Part shown: positions 1 through 13,480 of the stretch, one piece after another
Layout: every line of letters starts with the position of its first letter
Numbering within the stretch: the first letter of the stretch is position 1
Assembly: GCF_038025025.1 (NCBI RefSeq)
Contig: NW_027117346.1
Span: forward strand, 62,001-126,000
Origin: Phyllosticta citribraziliensis
Lineage: Eukaryota
Direction: 5' to 3'
Length of the DNA stretch: 64,000 nt
The notes under the pieces: generated by a model
Told to the model about the DNA's origin: nothing
What the model saw: only the letters and a program-made list of their open reading frames with translations
Database searches by the model: none
Made by a program: the position numbers and the translations under genes

Positions 1-552
1 GCGCCCTGTCCAACCAGCCAACTCTCTCACGTCTGTCCTTTTTGGATGTTTGCATTTTTCCAAACACCGACCCGGCTGGATACTTCTAGAGCCTTCATTG
101 GCCATTGTCAGCCCAGAATCTTGATATTTCCCCCCTCTTCGGTCTTTTCCTCCTGATTTGGCGTCAACTCATCATAATCTTGACGTCGAGCTGGTCCCAC
201 CCCTGCGATACAATCTCTTCCAACGCCTCGGTCGACGGGTTTTCGGCCTGCTCCAAACAGGAGCCAAGCCAATGGCTCCCTCAACCCAACCCCAATTGCT
301 GAAGACGCGCGTTGGATGCCATGCTGCGGCCCACCATCCTCTTTCGCTTTGACCTGTGTTGAAGTGGCATGCTCAAAGGGGAAGTAGTCAACGAGACAAT
401 CATGACCCTCTACCGCAGCCTTCACTCTGCACATGCTGTCATCAATCCACGTCTGTGTATATATTGCACCACGCTGCAGCAATCCGAAGCCAAAATTCGA
501 TATCCAGCTTCTTCTTCCTTTCCCACCCAGGTCAAACAGGTCGGCTTTCAAA

Positions 553-789
553 ATGAGCTCTGGTACAAACAAATCGACTTCTGTTGCGTCAGGAGACACT
601 AGCAGACCATGCGCTGGCTACAACAAGTATGCCTGTGCCTGGCGATTGGAGCAGACCTGCCCCAATTGGGTCTTCCAGAATGGCGATGCCTGCGCCAAAT
701 GCCAGGCAAGTTTACCAAATATTTACGTCCGCCATTTTTCATTCTTGACGGCAAAACAGTCAGAGGGCCTCAAATCCAAGAGGACCTGA
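553..789 (+). CDS. Small (~60 aa) Cys-motif protein, possible zinc-binding microprotein; one GC-AG intron 706-759
   Basis: ATG at 553 in AAAATG context. Spliced product MSSGTNK...YACAWRLEQTCPNWVFQNGDACAKCQ|SEGLKSKRT*. CAG|GCAAGT donor, CTTGAC branch-like site, AAACAG acceptor. Motif C-x7-C-P-N-W-V-x6-C-x2-C. Confidence 0.55.
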   Translation: MSSGTNKSTSVASGDTSRPCAGYNKYACAWRLEQTCPNWVFQNGDACAKCQASLPNIYVRHFSFLTAKQSEGLKSKRT

Positions 790-3700
790 TTTTCCACACT
801 ACTCGCCGTTGAAGACGACATTTGGTTTCACATGCTTGGTCAAGGGGGTTTCCAAAAACGTACGGCCTTGATACCCACGACCCACCACGGCGGCATCCCT
901 CGGAATGGGCTAGACTCTTTTGGGTTCTTGATCGCGTCAAGCGTCTAATTGGACCGGCTGCTCCCGCGCTTGTCTCGCTGCCGCGGCTACAGGAAATTTT
1001 GGATTTGCGTGTTTCCATTGCACATGAGCTGCTAGCCTTTTCAACGAAAAATTCAAGTCTCCTGCTCTGCACTGCCACTACACCAAAGGTTGCTGGAACC
1101 GCCACAAATCCGACGCGGATCGTGACGCGACTCCCGCAGAATCTCGGATCGACGCACCCATGCTCGTGGGACCATCGGGTGACGTGGGAACTCGATGAGC
1201 CAAGATGCTCCTCTCGAGTCCGGCGTCGAGCAACGAATACAGTAACTTACGCCGCTTTTTCCTTGTAATTCTGCCTGTATCTGTACCATCCGGGGCAAAG
1301 CGTCCCCGCCATTACCAGGGACACCTCGATCGAGAGATGGACTTGCATCTTTCTTCTCGAATCAGACGACTAGGCTACCTTTTTCCATGAAGCAGAGCCT
1401 CTCACAAGCCGCCAAGACGCTCTGTTCCAAATACAGCATCATGACGAGAGTAATCAGAGCAACGACTTGGGCCTCCTTGATGCCAATTGAGAGTCGAACC
1501 ACCAATGCCGTCATCCTCTAGTAATCCATCTTTCTGCAGCCAACTATGCCAATGATGATTCTTCATCGACCCAAGATTCCATACAACTGGCCGATGGCGG
1601 GGTCCTCGACTGTTGGCTCGATTCTCTCGAGTGTAGATGGCGGGTGTGCAAATCGATCCGCACGCCCTGTGTCCCCACTTTCCAAGCGCGATGCTGACCC
1701 ATTGCATGATTTGGAGGATAGAAGCGTTCCAAGACCCAAGGGTGCTGGCGGCCAAGCCCATAGGTCGAGAGCCGCCGTTCTGGTTGCCTCTACCATCATG
1801 GTGCAGACCACGCTCTGTCCCGCTGCAGCCTCTTCGGCAAACCTGCAAGACTCTCTCTGCAGTGCTTGCTGCTAGACGCCAGGGCGCTCTGGGCTCCCAT
1901 ATTTCCGAAGTTCTTGTTCCCGTCGTCTGGGCCAAGCCCGCCCCCACGGGACCATGCCGAATCCATCTTCCGGCGCCTGCTCGTGGATCAGATTGCCGCG
2001 TCAGCTCTTGCCGATCTCGGATGCCAGAGGGACGCTTTTTTTTTGCGTCAAGACCCTTTGAATTCCCATGGCTTTGTTTTCAAGCCACAACACTATTTTG
2101 TCACGAGCTTCTGCTGCATTCTTGGGTGGAAGCTTCCCGTCCATGTTTTGGCTATGTTCTGGTACAACAGCGTACAGCCGGGCCTTTATCACCGGTATCA
2201 CCGGTAAACTCCTTGTCTTTAACCTCAAAATGCACCGCCTACCATCTCTCGAGGCACAGGTAAATGCAGGACACCCTTTCAAACCTTCCGACATTGTTCG
2301 GACGCAAATATGAGAGACGGGAGCAGTGGGTCGACGGTGTTTGACGAGCGCGATTACTGACAGTTGCACAGACAACCCATATTTTCCCATCATCTGCACC
2401 CCACAGGATCTTCGCGCTTGCAATCAACCCGCAGGCGTGATGAGGAAGGTGAAGACTGACGTCTACTGACAAACCACTGCACATTCACGACAAGAGCTAC
2501 GCGCGATCCCCGAAACCATTTAGAACGGCCAAGTGGTCAAGGCTTTCCTTCACGGCGAACGGCCATCAGATCAGTCTCGGGCGACAGACTCGCAAAGCAA
2601 GCCAATCTCGACCAAAAACTCCGTCCGAACGGGATCGCCTACTCTCGGCTCGCCTCGCCTCCTCGCGGGCAATGGAGATGCGAAAGAAGAGGAAATGACT
2701 CGACGTCGCCATACATGCGCCCACCTATAAAGAGCAAGGAATAACACACAACAGCGGAGGCGTTGTGAGATTAGCCATCGGTCGTACGTGCGAAACCCCA
2801 GCCGAGGCAGGCCGGCGACGACTTGCGGGACCACCACCGCATCATTGCTAGACGGCGACGCACGCGGCTTCGACGGCGACATGGACGGCGACAATAGGTC
2901 GAGGTGCTTTTGGAGGGCGTGAAGAGCTTTGAGCGACGTCTGCGTCTGTTCGGCTCGACGCGACGAATTTCAAGCTTCTTTCTCGTCGCGGCGCGTACCT
3001 CGGCAGGAGCAGACGGACGGCGGCGTCGAGCCTGGGCAGCCAGCCCATCACATCACATTGCGCCGAAAAGGCTGAAGGTCCACGCGCGACACCCACCTTG
3101 GTTGCCACCACGGGCAAACTTCAGCCTCCACATGGTCGGTGCATCAAGCAAGCAAGCAGACAAGCAGGCAAGCAAGCAAGCCCCATGGCTGGCTACCGGT
3201 GACAGCTGTCAGTCAGCCAGCCAGCCAGCCAGCCAGAAGAAACTCGGTGCCCGCAGCAGCGTAACAAACGACGGCCGGCCACCTCCGCCAGTGCGCTGTG
3301 CTGCGTTGCGGCGGCCCCCATCTGATTGGCGCAATCAGTCAGTCCATGGGGCACGGGGTGGTTGTGCAGAGCGAGCGGCGCGACAATCGCTTGCTCGCCT
3401 GCCTGCTCGCTCGACGACCGACAACCGACGACTCGCGACGACGAGTCGTCGAGCGAAAAAGAGCTGCTCGCGCAGCGCCACACACAGCACAGACATCTTT
3501 GACGTTCAAGTTCTCAGAAAAGGAACCCGACCCGAACGCGCCGACCGCCGACAGACAGAGAGAAAGAGCCCCGGCTGATGATTGCCAAAACGTTGTTCTT
3601 ACGGCCGGCCGGCCCGCAGCCAATCCACTCGTTCTCTTCGGCTAGACCCACTACTACCTACCTACTTTTACTGCCGGCCGGTCGGCCGTGCGTTGCCCTG

Positions 3701-5713
3701 CGTGTGTCGATGCCCCTCGTCATCCATCGACTCGCTGTCGTTGTCGGTCGGTCGGCGTGCCCTGAATGACTGCTGCAACAGCCGAGACACCCAAGGTTGA
3801 CTACCCCGATGCGGTTACACCTCCCGTGCCACCACGCACCCACGGGGTTGCAGGGGCAGGGGCAGGGGCAGGGCAGGGCAGGGCAGGCTGGGCATGGTGT
3901 AGCACCGGGTATGGAAGCTAGTTAAGGGTAGGTAAGTAAGTGTAGGTATGTATGGGAGGGCACGACAACTCAAGACAGGGCAAGCTGTCGCCATCGCTCC
4001 CCTCTCCTCTCGTCTCGTCTCCGTCGTCGATCGCTTTGTGGTGGAGTAGTGTCGTCTGTCTACGCTGCCTGCCTGTTTACTTGTGCCTCTCTATCCGTTT
4101 GCCAGTCTGCGCTGCGCTGCGCTGCGCTGCGCTGCCCGAACCATCGACGCTTGGTCCGCCGGGTCCGTCTGGTCGATCTGTCTGCTCGAGTACGAGTAGT
4201 GGGATAGATGCTGATACAGATACAGGCACAGATGTAGATACAGATGCGGCGTCTATCGTCATTGTCGTCGGCGGCGGCGGCCTCCGCCTCTGCATACCTA
4301 ACTACTTACCTACCTACTTACCTACCTACATCCTACCGCTGACAAGGAACAGGCGTGACGTGTTTGTCATGGACGGTACAGTATGGTATAGTATAGTACA
4401 GTACAGTACAGTACAGTACAGTACAGGACGTACGATACAGGGTCCTCTGATGTAGGTTGCCGTATACGAACGTCGTGGCGTCATTGGTATAGCGCGCGTG
4501 CGTGCTTCAGCAAGAGCATGAGCAAGAGCAAGAGCGTGGGCGTGAGCATGAGCATGAGGAAGTAGGGCAGGGCAGAGCACGCAACGACAGCGGAGTAGCA
4601 TACAGGAAGGCCTCGCATGCTCATCGACCCATCCCTTCTCGTTTGCGTCTTTGACTGCTTGCCTGCCAGCTCGCCTCGCCTCGCCACCTCGCCGCCCGCC
4701 TGTGTATAGATAGGGTGGAAGAGGCACTTGGTAGGTTGCGCCATGACAGACTCGAGATGACCAACTCGCCCGACTCGACTTGCCAATCAACTTCCTTTGT
4801 TCGAGGTGCGAGTGAGCGAGTGGGTAGGAGTTGGGAACCGGAGGCCGTTGCCTGGATGTGAGTGCTGCGCACTCAGCAACGAACTGGCCAAAGATGGATG
4901 CGGACGCCTGCTTCCTCAAGACATGGTACCTGTGTACCACTTTACTCACCTTACCATCTTCCTCCAGTCTTTCTTTTTGTCCGTCGTCTGTCCGTCGTCT
5001 GTCCTTCTAGATGAATCGCCGTCGCTACTGCTATCGCTACAGCGGCACCGTCCTCTCCATGTCTCCAAGCGCACATTCTGTCCGTTCGTTTTATCTACAT
5101 GGTCCGCTAGTCAATGACGTCGCCTGACTTACTCCAACCCACTGATCTCTCTCTCCTCCTCGCTCTCACTGCACGCGCTCTGAACTGTGCGTGCCTACTG
5201 CTCAACATTTCCGATGCCGAATGCCGAGTGCTGGGTAACCACCAGCATCCCTTGTGCCGCTACCTCCCTACTGGCTAGCTGACAAGTCCTTCTCGCCCCC
5301 TTCGCCGGCGTTCCCGTTTCGCCTTTCCGTTCAGCATCGCCTCCCTAGCACCGTGGCGACGCGGACAAGCGGGCTGGACTCTGAAGCGCAGCGCCTTTCA
5401 GTGTGAGTAGCCAACTTTCGAATTCTTCGTGCGCGAGGCCGGGCGGGAAGAGGAGAAGGGAGGGAGGGAGGGGAGGGGGCCTGGCCTGGGTTGTGGAGGA
5501 GCGAGGATGGAGCGTGGATGAAAGAAAGGGGAGAGCAAGGGAGCCAGCCCAGTATAGGGTCTATCAAACACTCATTCGTCGGTTCATCATTGATTGCATT
5601 TCACCAACCAAACCTACTCGGCTCGGCTCGGCTCGGCTCGACTCGACTTGAACTACTGACGTCTGTTCCGTTCGTTTGAATTCATTTCATTGCAAATCAT
5701 CTCATCCAATAGT

Positions 5714-5744
<31 letters not shown>

Positions 5745-5961
5745 CTAGCAATAATAGTAAGAGTAATGCAAAACTCCCTCCCTACTTCTTTTCCCCCATT
5801 TCCTTCCCCCCCTCCTTCTCCTCCTTCGTCCAAGGTAGCTAGCTCAGCCCACACGCCCGCCCGCCCGCCAGCCAGCCATGCCAATGCCCGTGCTGATTTG
5901 CATGCCACATTCTCTTCACCGCTGCCGAAGAGCCAACAAAGGACAAAGAAGTGTCTAATAG

Positions 5962-5996
5962 TTTTTTTTTTTTGAAAAAAAAAAAAAACAAAAAAA
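5962..5996. repeat. Inverted homopolymer T12-G-A14(C)A7
   Basis: Read directly from the sequence. Confidence 0.9.
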
Positions 5997-6812
5997 GAGA
6001 TAGGCAAGACAGACGGGGCAAGACAAGCGACGACGACGACGACGCGAAAGAAAGGCAAAGTAAGGGAGAGAAAGAAGAGCGCATCGAGCAATTCAACCAA
6101 TTCGAATCCTATCAATGAAATAAAACTATAGTAAAGCATGCATAACTCGGTTCATATCGTAAACTAAAAAGAGAAGCCCAGCAGCGCCCCCCTCCGCCCT
6201 TCCCCCCCTCCTGCCCCCCCTAGCCCCGGGGGTACAACCGAAGGTATGCATGTATGCATATGCTATTCGTGTATTGGTTGGTGCGTGTGCGGTTGGGTGG
6301 GTATATGTATAAACAACAGCCAAGTAATAGCCGGTAGTAGTAGTAGTAGTAGTAGTAGTAGCAAGCGTAGCAAGAAGAGTAAGTGTAGTAGTAGTAGAAA
6401 GAAAAAAGTGCGCGCGCCCAACTCCAAGCTATGCACATGATGATGACGACGGGGATGATGCAGGTCGACGGAAGCCGTTTCTTCTTCTCTTTTGCCGTCG
6501 TAGTAGTAGAGGTAAGTAGTAGCAGCAGGAGGACGGACGGAGAGGGAGAAAGCGAGGAAGAAGACAAGAAAGCTCAAAAAGCAAAAGCAAAACACGGGAA
6601 AACCGAACCATGACCTTGATGGTATGGTGCTCGGTCCCGATATGTACTTTTCGGAGAGTGGTCGTGTAGAGGAGCGTCGACGGAAAGGGTGGTTATGCGT
6701 GCGCATGAGAATGGGACGACAGGACTAAAGAACGCCCCGCCGTGGAACGAAAACAAGAAGAGAGAAATCAAATTTACAACGCTCAAACGCCGGACAAAAC
6801 GCAGATTATTCA

Positions 6813-9046
6813 TTACGAGCAAGTGCCGGTGTAGTTGTTCACTGGCCAGTCGTAGTTTTGACTCCTATAGATCGTTAGAAAATGCCTGCTCAATAGTTTG
6901 TCTTGCAAATCATACCATTCGGTCAAGTTGTAGTTGGCATAGGGCTCGGGGTGGTTTTTGATGTACGAGGTGGTCGGGTAGCCCGGGGGATCGCAAGTCA
7001 TGATCGGATTGTCGTCGTCCTGGTAGATGCGAATGTAGTCGATGCGCATCGTCGCGGGAAGCGTCGTGGCGATTCCGGTCAGGTTGATTGCAGAGAAACT
7101 GTCGGACATGCCAAAGTTGATAACAATGGCCATGGGCTCCTCGGGCATCACTCTTTGGCCAACGTTGCCATTGGGACCAAGGGCTCGCCCGTCGAGCGTC
7201 CACATGGGTTGATCACCAACCAACCAAGTGATGTGACCCTTGGCGCCGGGGGTGTAGTCAAAGGCATACGTCTGGTACGCGTTGCCGTCGTACCAGTCGT
7301 TGTTTAGGTTGGAAAGTCCAGAAATGGCCTGCTGGTAGGGACCACCAGCATACGCGTTGACGGAGGTGATGGAGTGATCGTAGACTTCGAAGAAATCTGG
7401 GCTAATCAGCGGGTTTCTTTTGAGCGAAAAAATCAGCTTACCATAGTCCGGCTGATACCAAATGTCAAAAGGCGCGGCCTGAAAACTTTGAGATACAACT
7501 CCGATGTAGTTGCTCGCGTCCAGCGGCGAATTGCTAGCTTCGATGACGTCTATTTCGGGTGCCGAACGAGAGTTGCCGCTGCTGGGGTGGTCTTCACCAT
7601 CGCATGTGCAGGCAGGCAGCCTCATTCCTGGAAGAGTGTTGATGCCGTCGGTAGAACTCTGGTTCGGGGTGATGCCAGCATCGCACTCGTCGTGGTAACT
7701 ATACGGCCACATGCCGTCAGTGGTGGCAGCAAAGCCAGGCCGACCCAGGTTGCCCATGGCCCAGAAGCCCGGCCAGAAACCGACGGTATCTCCGCGGCCG
7801 GGCAGAGAAATGGAAGCTTCCAAGTGGCCGCCTTTGAAGCAGAGCTTGTTCCAAGACTGCAACATGCCGGAGCGGTAATCGAGGTCGTGGTTTGAAAAGG
7901 CGTCGAAACGAATGTTGAGAGTGCCATCCTTGGTCGTGACCGCGTCAGGGTCATACCACTGCCATTGTCAGTACAAATTTCTTCTGATTTGAGTGGTCGA
8001 GGTACCTCGAGATCCTGCGTCACGCCGTACCAAAAGTCCATGGCCTGGAAGTACGGGTCATCTTCGTCGTAAAAGGTACGGCCATCGGTGTTGAACTCGT
8101 CCGAAAACTGCACAAATCAGATCCGTCCAATTTGTCAATCAAGGCGTACTCACCACAAGCGACTGCTTCTTTCCAGTGTAATATGAAGTGCGCTCCCTGA
8201 CACTTTTTGGCGTATCAGGGTCAATTAGGCCATGACGGATATTCTTGAGGAGATCTTGATGGACATCGATGCACAGAGGCAGGCCGGAGCAGGGACCTTT
8301 GGCGTCGACAAAAAGCTTCTTGGCAAAAGTCCTAAGCAAGACTGAGTAAGCAAACACGCGAGTCGTCGGGTCGGGAGTCGGGCAAAACCGTACATGATTG
8401 GATAGCCGATGAAGAGCATCAACAACCCCAACGTCAGCAACAGCAGGCCTCCTACGTTGAGCGCCCCTCGCTTCGTGAAGACGTTGCAATCCCTCGGCTC
8501 CTTGTCGGACGGGTCCGGATTGTGCAGGTAATCGTCCGTCTCGACATCCTCTGGAAACAGCAGCAGGCCGGCCGAGGGCAAAATGTTGTACTTTTCCGAG
8601 ACGGTCTGCGTATTCAGCTGACTGTCGTCATCACTGCCGGCCCTCGAGGGTGAGCGCGACTCGTCAAAGGGCGAGGCGAATATGCGGCTATCACGGCTGC
8701 CCGCAGACTCGGAGCTCCAACTGGTGCGCCGCGAGCCCATTTCTGAGGGGGCGCGCAAGGCCGAGGGCGAGTCCTCATCGCGCATTCGCCTCGTCCGCGA
8801 GACGCGGGGCGGTAGCAAGAGCTCGGCGGACTCGGCGACGGTGCCCGGCTGGTTGTACAGGGACGAGGCGCCTGTAACGGCGGCGTCTGGTCTTGTTTCG
8901 AGCGTCAGGGAACGCGTCGAAATCTGCCTCACGGGGACCGGAGGGTCGGCGGCAGCGAGGGTGTCATCGCTGTCCGAGTTTAGGCGTATGTGCGGCGGGC
9001 GTGCGTGGCCGTCCTGGGGCGACGAGAGCGAGTCTGGCGACGACAT
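6813..9046 (-). CDS. KRE6: Beta-1,6-glucan synthesis-associated type II membrane protein, KRE6/SKN1 family (GH16); 5 introns
   Basis: Ser-rich cytosolic N-terminus, DDYLHNPDP motif, one TM helix, FSDEFNTDGRTFY, MLQSWNKLCFKGG, GFWPGFWAMGNLGRPG, GH16 catalytic EIDVIE, MRIDYIRIYQ. GT-AG introns join the ORF pieces in frame (e.g. 7397-7441, 6865-6915). Confidence 0.93.
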
Positions 9047-10242
9047 ATGGCGGGAGTGGGGGAATCGGCGTGGCGGTTAAAAAACGAGGGACTCAGCGAG
9101 GAGCAAGAGGCGCCGTGTGTCGGATCCAGACGGCCTGCGAGGAGCAACGGCGCGGGAAAGAGAGTGGTGGTAGATGATTTTCGGGGTTGATATGATGAGC
9201 GCGGGCGGGACGCGGAGCGCGCAGGGAGGAATGGAGGAGGGACTGAAGGGCCGCGACTGCGAATTCCGGGAATGCAGCTCGTCCAACGTGGCCGTGCGCA
9301 GCGAGTGGAGGCCAGGTCGAGGTCGAGGTCGAGGTCCAGGTGGTGAGGTGCCGTGGTGGATGGATGCGATGCAGGAGAGAGGGAGGAGAGCGGATTGAAA
9401 AGGAAAAAAGGTTTGTCTTGTCGAGGCCTGGGGCTCCGTAAGGGGGACTGGGAAGAGCGTGGGTGTTCCTGGCTCTTACGAGGGCGACATTGACAGGGTA
9501 GAGGCTGTCTTGACCGCAGAGGCAGGGTGGGCTGTGCTGGTCGTGTACACGGGCCCGGGTGGAGCAGTGCAGTGCAGTGCAGTGCAGTGTATATACAGTA
9601 CATCCCATCCACACGGACAGTGAATCAATCGATTTTCCATTGAATGCCAACGCCTACGCCAACCTCCAAGAAACGGCCGACCCCCTGCGGCGTGCCAGGC
9701 GAATCAGCGCGGGCGAGCTGCGTCAGCCATGGAGCCGTGGTGGGCAAGCAAACGCCTCCCAGCGGACGCCATCCGCCTGTGGCAGTCGACGAGGGCGATC
9801 TCCGACGCGCCGTAAAATTCACGGACCCTGTCATCTCAGCACTCAGGCACCCTCATCTCACTCTCTCAGTGTTGTCGCTCTCTGTCTGTCTGTCTTCGCT
9901 ACCTGAAGCGCGCAGCTTGGAGCGGGCCCTGGCATTGCGGTGGTGATCTGCCCCAGCCTTCGACTTGGGCCGTCCGGTGTCAGACCGCCCGATCACTGTC
10001 ACCTCTGCGTTTCATCGCCCTTGTATTGTACCACTACCAATTTCCATGCCAACTGCTCCCACCACCATGGATCCCGCTGTACAAGGCCCCAAGACTAGCC
10101 TAGCCATTACTACACACATGTACTGGACGTGCACATACATGGCCTATAACGACGCCCTCTGCATTTGACCGCTTGATAAGCCCATTGCGACTCTTGCCGC
10201 ATCCAGCATGGCTCCTTGATACCACATCATCAAGCACGCACA

Positions 10243-10756
10243 TCAAGATTCCACCGCAATCGCCTTCAAGCCCACCACCGCCTTGCTGCTGCCTTCCAAC
10301 CCAACCACCCAGTACTCGGCCCGGGTGCTGCCATGCTGCGCGCGGAAGAATCCAACCAGGTCGTTCCCAGACGCCTGCTTGACGGCCTGCACCACCTTGG
10401 TGTACTGGCCTCGCGGATCAAAGTCGCTCTGGCTAATGGTAGCCACGGCACCGTCGTGGCCGATTAGTTTGGCAAAGTCGGCTGCACACGTCGTACGTTG
10501 GTTAGTGGAGAGGAGCTAAAGCAAGCTACGACGTACCTTCGGACGGCAAATCATCTCTTCCCCACTTCAAGCTCACCGGCTCAAAGGGCTCGTCGGCATC
10601 GGATATCAAGTACTCGTCAACTTGGCGCAGGGCCGCAGGGACGTCTGTATCCACCGCCTTGGTGCCGATCCTCGACTGGCCAGCCGTCGCTGCCGAGGCG
10701 CCAGCGTCCTGGTTCGCCTTGTCCAAAAAGGCGGCGTAGTCTTGGTCGGATGCCAT
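10243..10756 (-). CDS. Small conserved fungal protein resembling nuclease A inhibitor (NuiA-like); intron 10482-10536
   Basis: MASDQDYAAFLDKANQD...YLISDADEPFEPVSLKW...PSE|ADFAKLIGH...EYWVVGLEGSSKAVVGLKAIAVES*. GTACGT donor, CTAAC branch point and CAG acceptor join two ORFs in frame. Confidence 0.8.
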
Positions 10757-10989
10757 GGTGATGGGTGAGAGAGAGAAGAAGCGCAAGGTTGCGGTAGCGG
10801 GAGCAACGGGTGGGGGCCGACAGAGGGCAACAATCGAGGCCGGGTTCCGCCTGGTGGAGTGGAGAGTGGTAGTTGCAGTGGCTAGAAGGCGGGGGACGCG
10901 ATGGCGATGGTTGAACATTGGATTATGCAGTGACAGGCGGACGATTTGCGACTGACAGGCGGCGCGCCACAACCTAGCCTGCTTCTAAC

Positions 10990-11030
<41 letters not shown>
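10990..11030. repeat. (GGCTCA)6+ microsatellite
   Basis: Direct tandem hexamer. Confidence 0.9.
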
Positions 11031-11031
<1 letters not shown>

Positions 11032-13448
11032 ATATGACGGAGCGCTCGTTGGTGCCAACACCAGACCAAGTCCTTCCACTGGCTGACAGCAAGGAACCCA
11101 ACCCAACCATGGATGTACGTCATCCTCTGTTCACGTGATGGCAGCCAGCACACCACCGACTCTCTTCCGTTCTCTCCGCCCGTCAGAAAGCATCCATCCA
11201 TGGATTCTAAAAAAAAGCGAGCGAAAAAACACACGGCCCCCTTACCTCACCATTCTCCACCCGACCACGGCCGCCGTTCTGGGCCCCGCCCCGTCTCCCT
11301 CTCCCGTGCCACTCTCCGCACCAGGAGCCTGCATTGGCGCTACCCTAGCCACGAGCTCCACCGTTTCCGAATCTCGCGAGACAGTGCAGCCGACGAGACG
11401 GTCGGGGAAAAACCAAAAAAATGACAGGTGACAAAGGAGAGACAACAGAGGCAATACAACCTCGAGGAACGCAACGCAACCACCTCCCTGCCCTCCTCTG
11501 CCCTGGCCGTGTCCTGCGTGTCACTACCTGGCAATGTGCGCGCAAAGTGTGTGGGGCGGATGGCGCCGCCACGCCCGCTAGCTCACGATGGACGGCATTC
11601 TGCGTGCCTGAAGCCTGCCTGCAATGCACGCTGATTGGGGGCGGGCGCCGCCTTGTCATTCAGCCCTTGGCGCCACCGCGTTCCTTTGAAGAAGCCAGAA
11701 GAAGAAGAAGAGGACAAGAGGGGGCTGTAGCTGACCTGATGCCGTACCACCACCCACACGCAGCTAAGCAAATCTGACGCGGCCTGAGGCTCAACGCCCC
11801 GTCTCAACTCTCATCACCAACGGCGAGCGGGTGGCGCGTCCATCCTGGCCCCCTCCAACCTGCATGTAGCTATCCGAACTAGCTCAGCTCTTCCAACCGC
11901 CTGGCACCAGCCCTCCACGCTGCTGTCCGTGTACATGATCTGGTTTCGTTGAGGATCCTCTCCCTCGCGTCCCTCTCTCGCCTCCTCCAACGCGGCACAG
12001 TCGGTCGTCTACCTACTCACATGCCATGATTGCGGCACAAACAATCCGCCCTCGACAAACAACACCATCACCATCACCCTCAGGCCGCCGATCGCGATCA
12101 GCCGCCGCCCTTCCGCATTTGACTTGCGTTGCTGCTGTTCAGGTCCACGGTCCACGATACCGCTGCCGTGCTTCGAGTCTGTCTATGCACGTCGATGATC
12201 TTGCTTCCTCCACTCTTGGATATTCGGTGTGTGCGACCAGCAGATCTGCACTCGTCCCTGTCCGGAGCGATGCGGCGACTCCGAGGAGCTGCTTGGTCGC
12301 CAGGCGCTGGCTGTGCCTATTTCTACTCGACTCGTATACGGACCGCAGTTGTATAGCGATGGTCCAAGACATGACTCTTGATAATATGCACCCTCCTGCC
12401 GACGCAGAAATTCCCGACGCATGTTTGCCAATTGCCCGACGCCGTCAACTTCTTTACTGGGTACTGTACATACATGCAGTCCACCCCATCTTTCCCTCTC
12501 CGCGATCATCCAAACACCACGACACACACCCACGCCAGCAAACTATAAAAAATCACGAGCCAGCCCCACCATCTCGTCCACCCGGGCAGGGCACGGGAGC
12601 GTATCCACCGGGCACCGCTCCGCCGCCGCCATCCGTCTCCGCACGTACACCGCGCACAGCTCCGCAGGCGCCTCTGCCCTCCCATCATTGCCATCATCAT
12701 CAACACCGACCTCGTAAAAATCATCCATCAGAAAAAAAGCTCTGCAAAAAGCATGTCAGAATGTGCCGACGGACCGACGGCTATGATTGTGCTCGCTCTT
12801 TTTTTCTGCTGCTCCGGCATCGCCTTGGCTGACTGACTGCCTGGTGAGAGGCAGATGTTGTCTTTTGAGATGAGACGTGCATCGCGCAAAGTCCAAAGTC
12901 GACGCCCGCCGCACGCACGCATGCACGGCTAAGGAGCGCTTTGGCCGGCACTGCAAATCTTGCCTGTCGCCTGCTGATGAGCGCCGCTCACGAATCAGCG
13001 CTGGGCTGGGCTGGCGATGCATCCGAGTCTGCGAGGGTGGTGCTGTAGAAGCGTCTGATTGCTGACGAGGCGAGACTGGGTTTACTACTACCTACCGTAC
13101 GTCTGGGTGAGTCGAGACGGAAGCACGCTTCAATGGACGAAGCAGACGGTTCCCTTGTCGTGACTCCTCTCCCGCGACTAACCAGCAACGACAACAATAA
13201 CACCACAAACGCTCCACAGGCTCATATCTCTCGACTAAGATCTGACTGGCGCAAGAACACAACGCCCGTCTCCTCTTGCCGCCTCCTTCATTCTCGACTC
13301 TTTCCATCTTTCTTTCTCTCCTTCTTTCCAGCATAATCACCACAACACTATCCCTCTACGGTGTCTGCCGTCCCTCCTCTCCTCTCCCAGCCCTTCTCAA
13401 GCACCCCCACAGCGGTCGTCGAAAGAAACGAGACTCCCAAGCGCGACT

Positions 13449-13449
<1 letters not shown>

Positions 13450-13479
<30 letters not shown>
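13450..13479. repeat. (CAG)10 microsatellite, intergenic
   Basis: Direct count. Confidence 0.9.

Positions 13480-13480
<1 letters not shown>

Noticed and set aside
6865..7441. Short in-frame, stop-free introns in KRE6 (45 and 51 nt), also KGD1 (51 nt)
   Set aside because: At 15-17 codons, stop-free 3n introns arise easily by chance, unlike the 188-codon MOB1 case.
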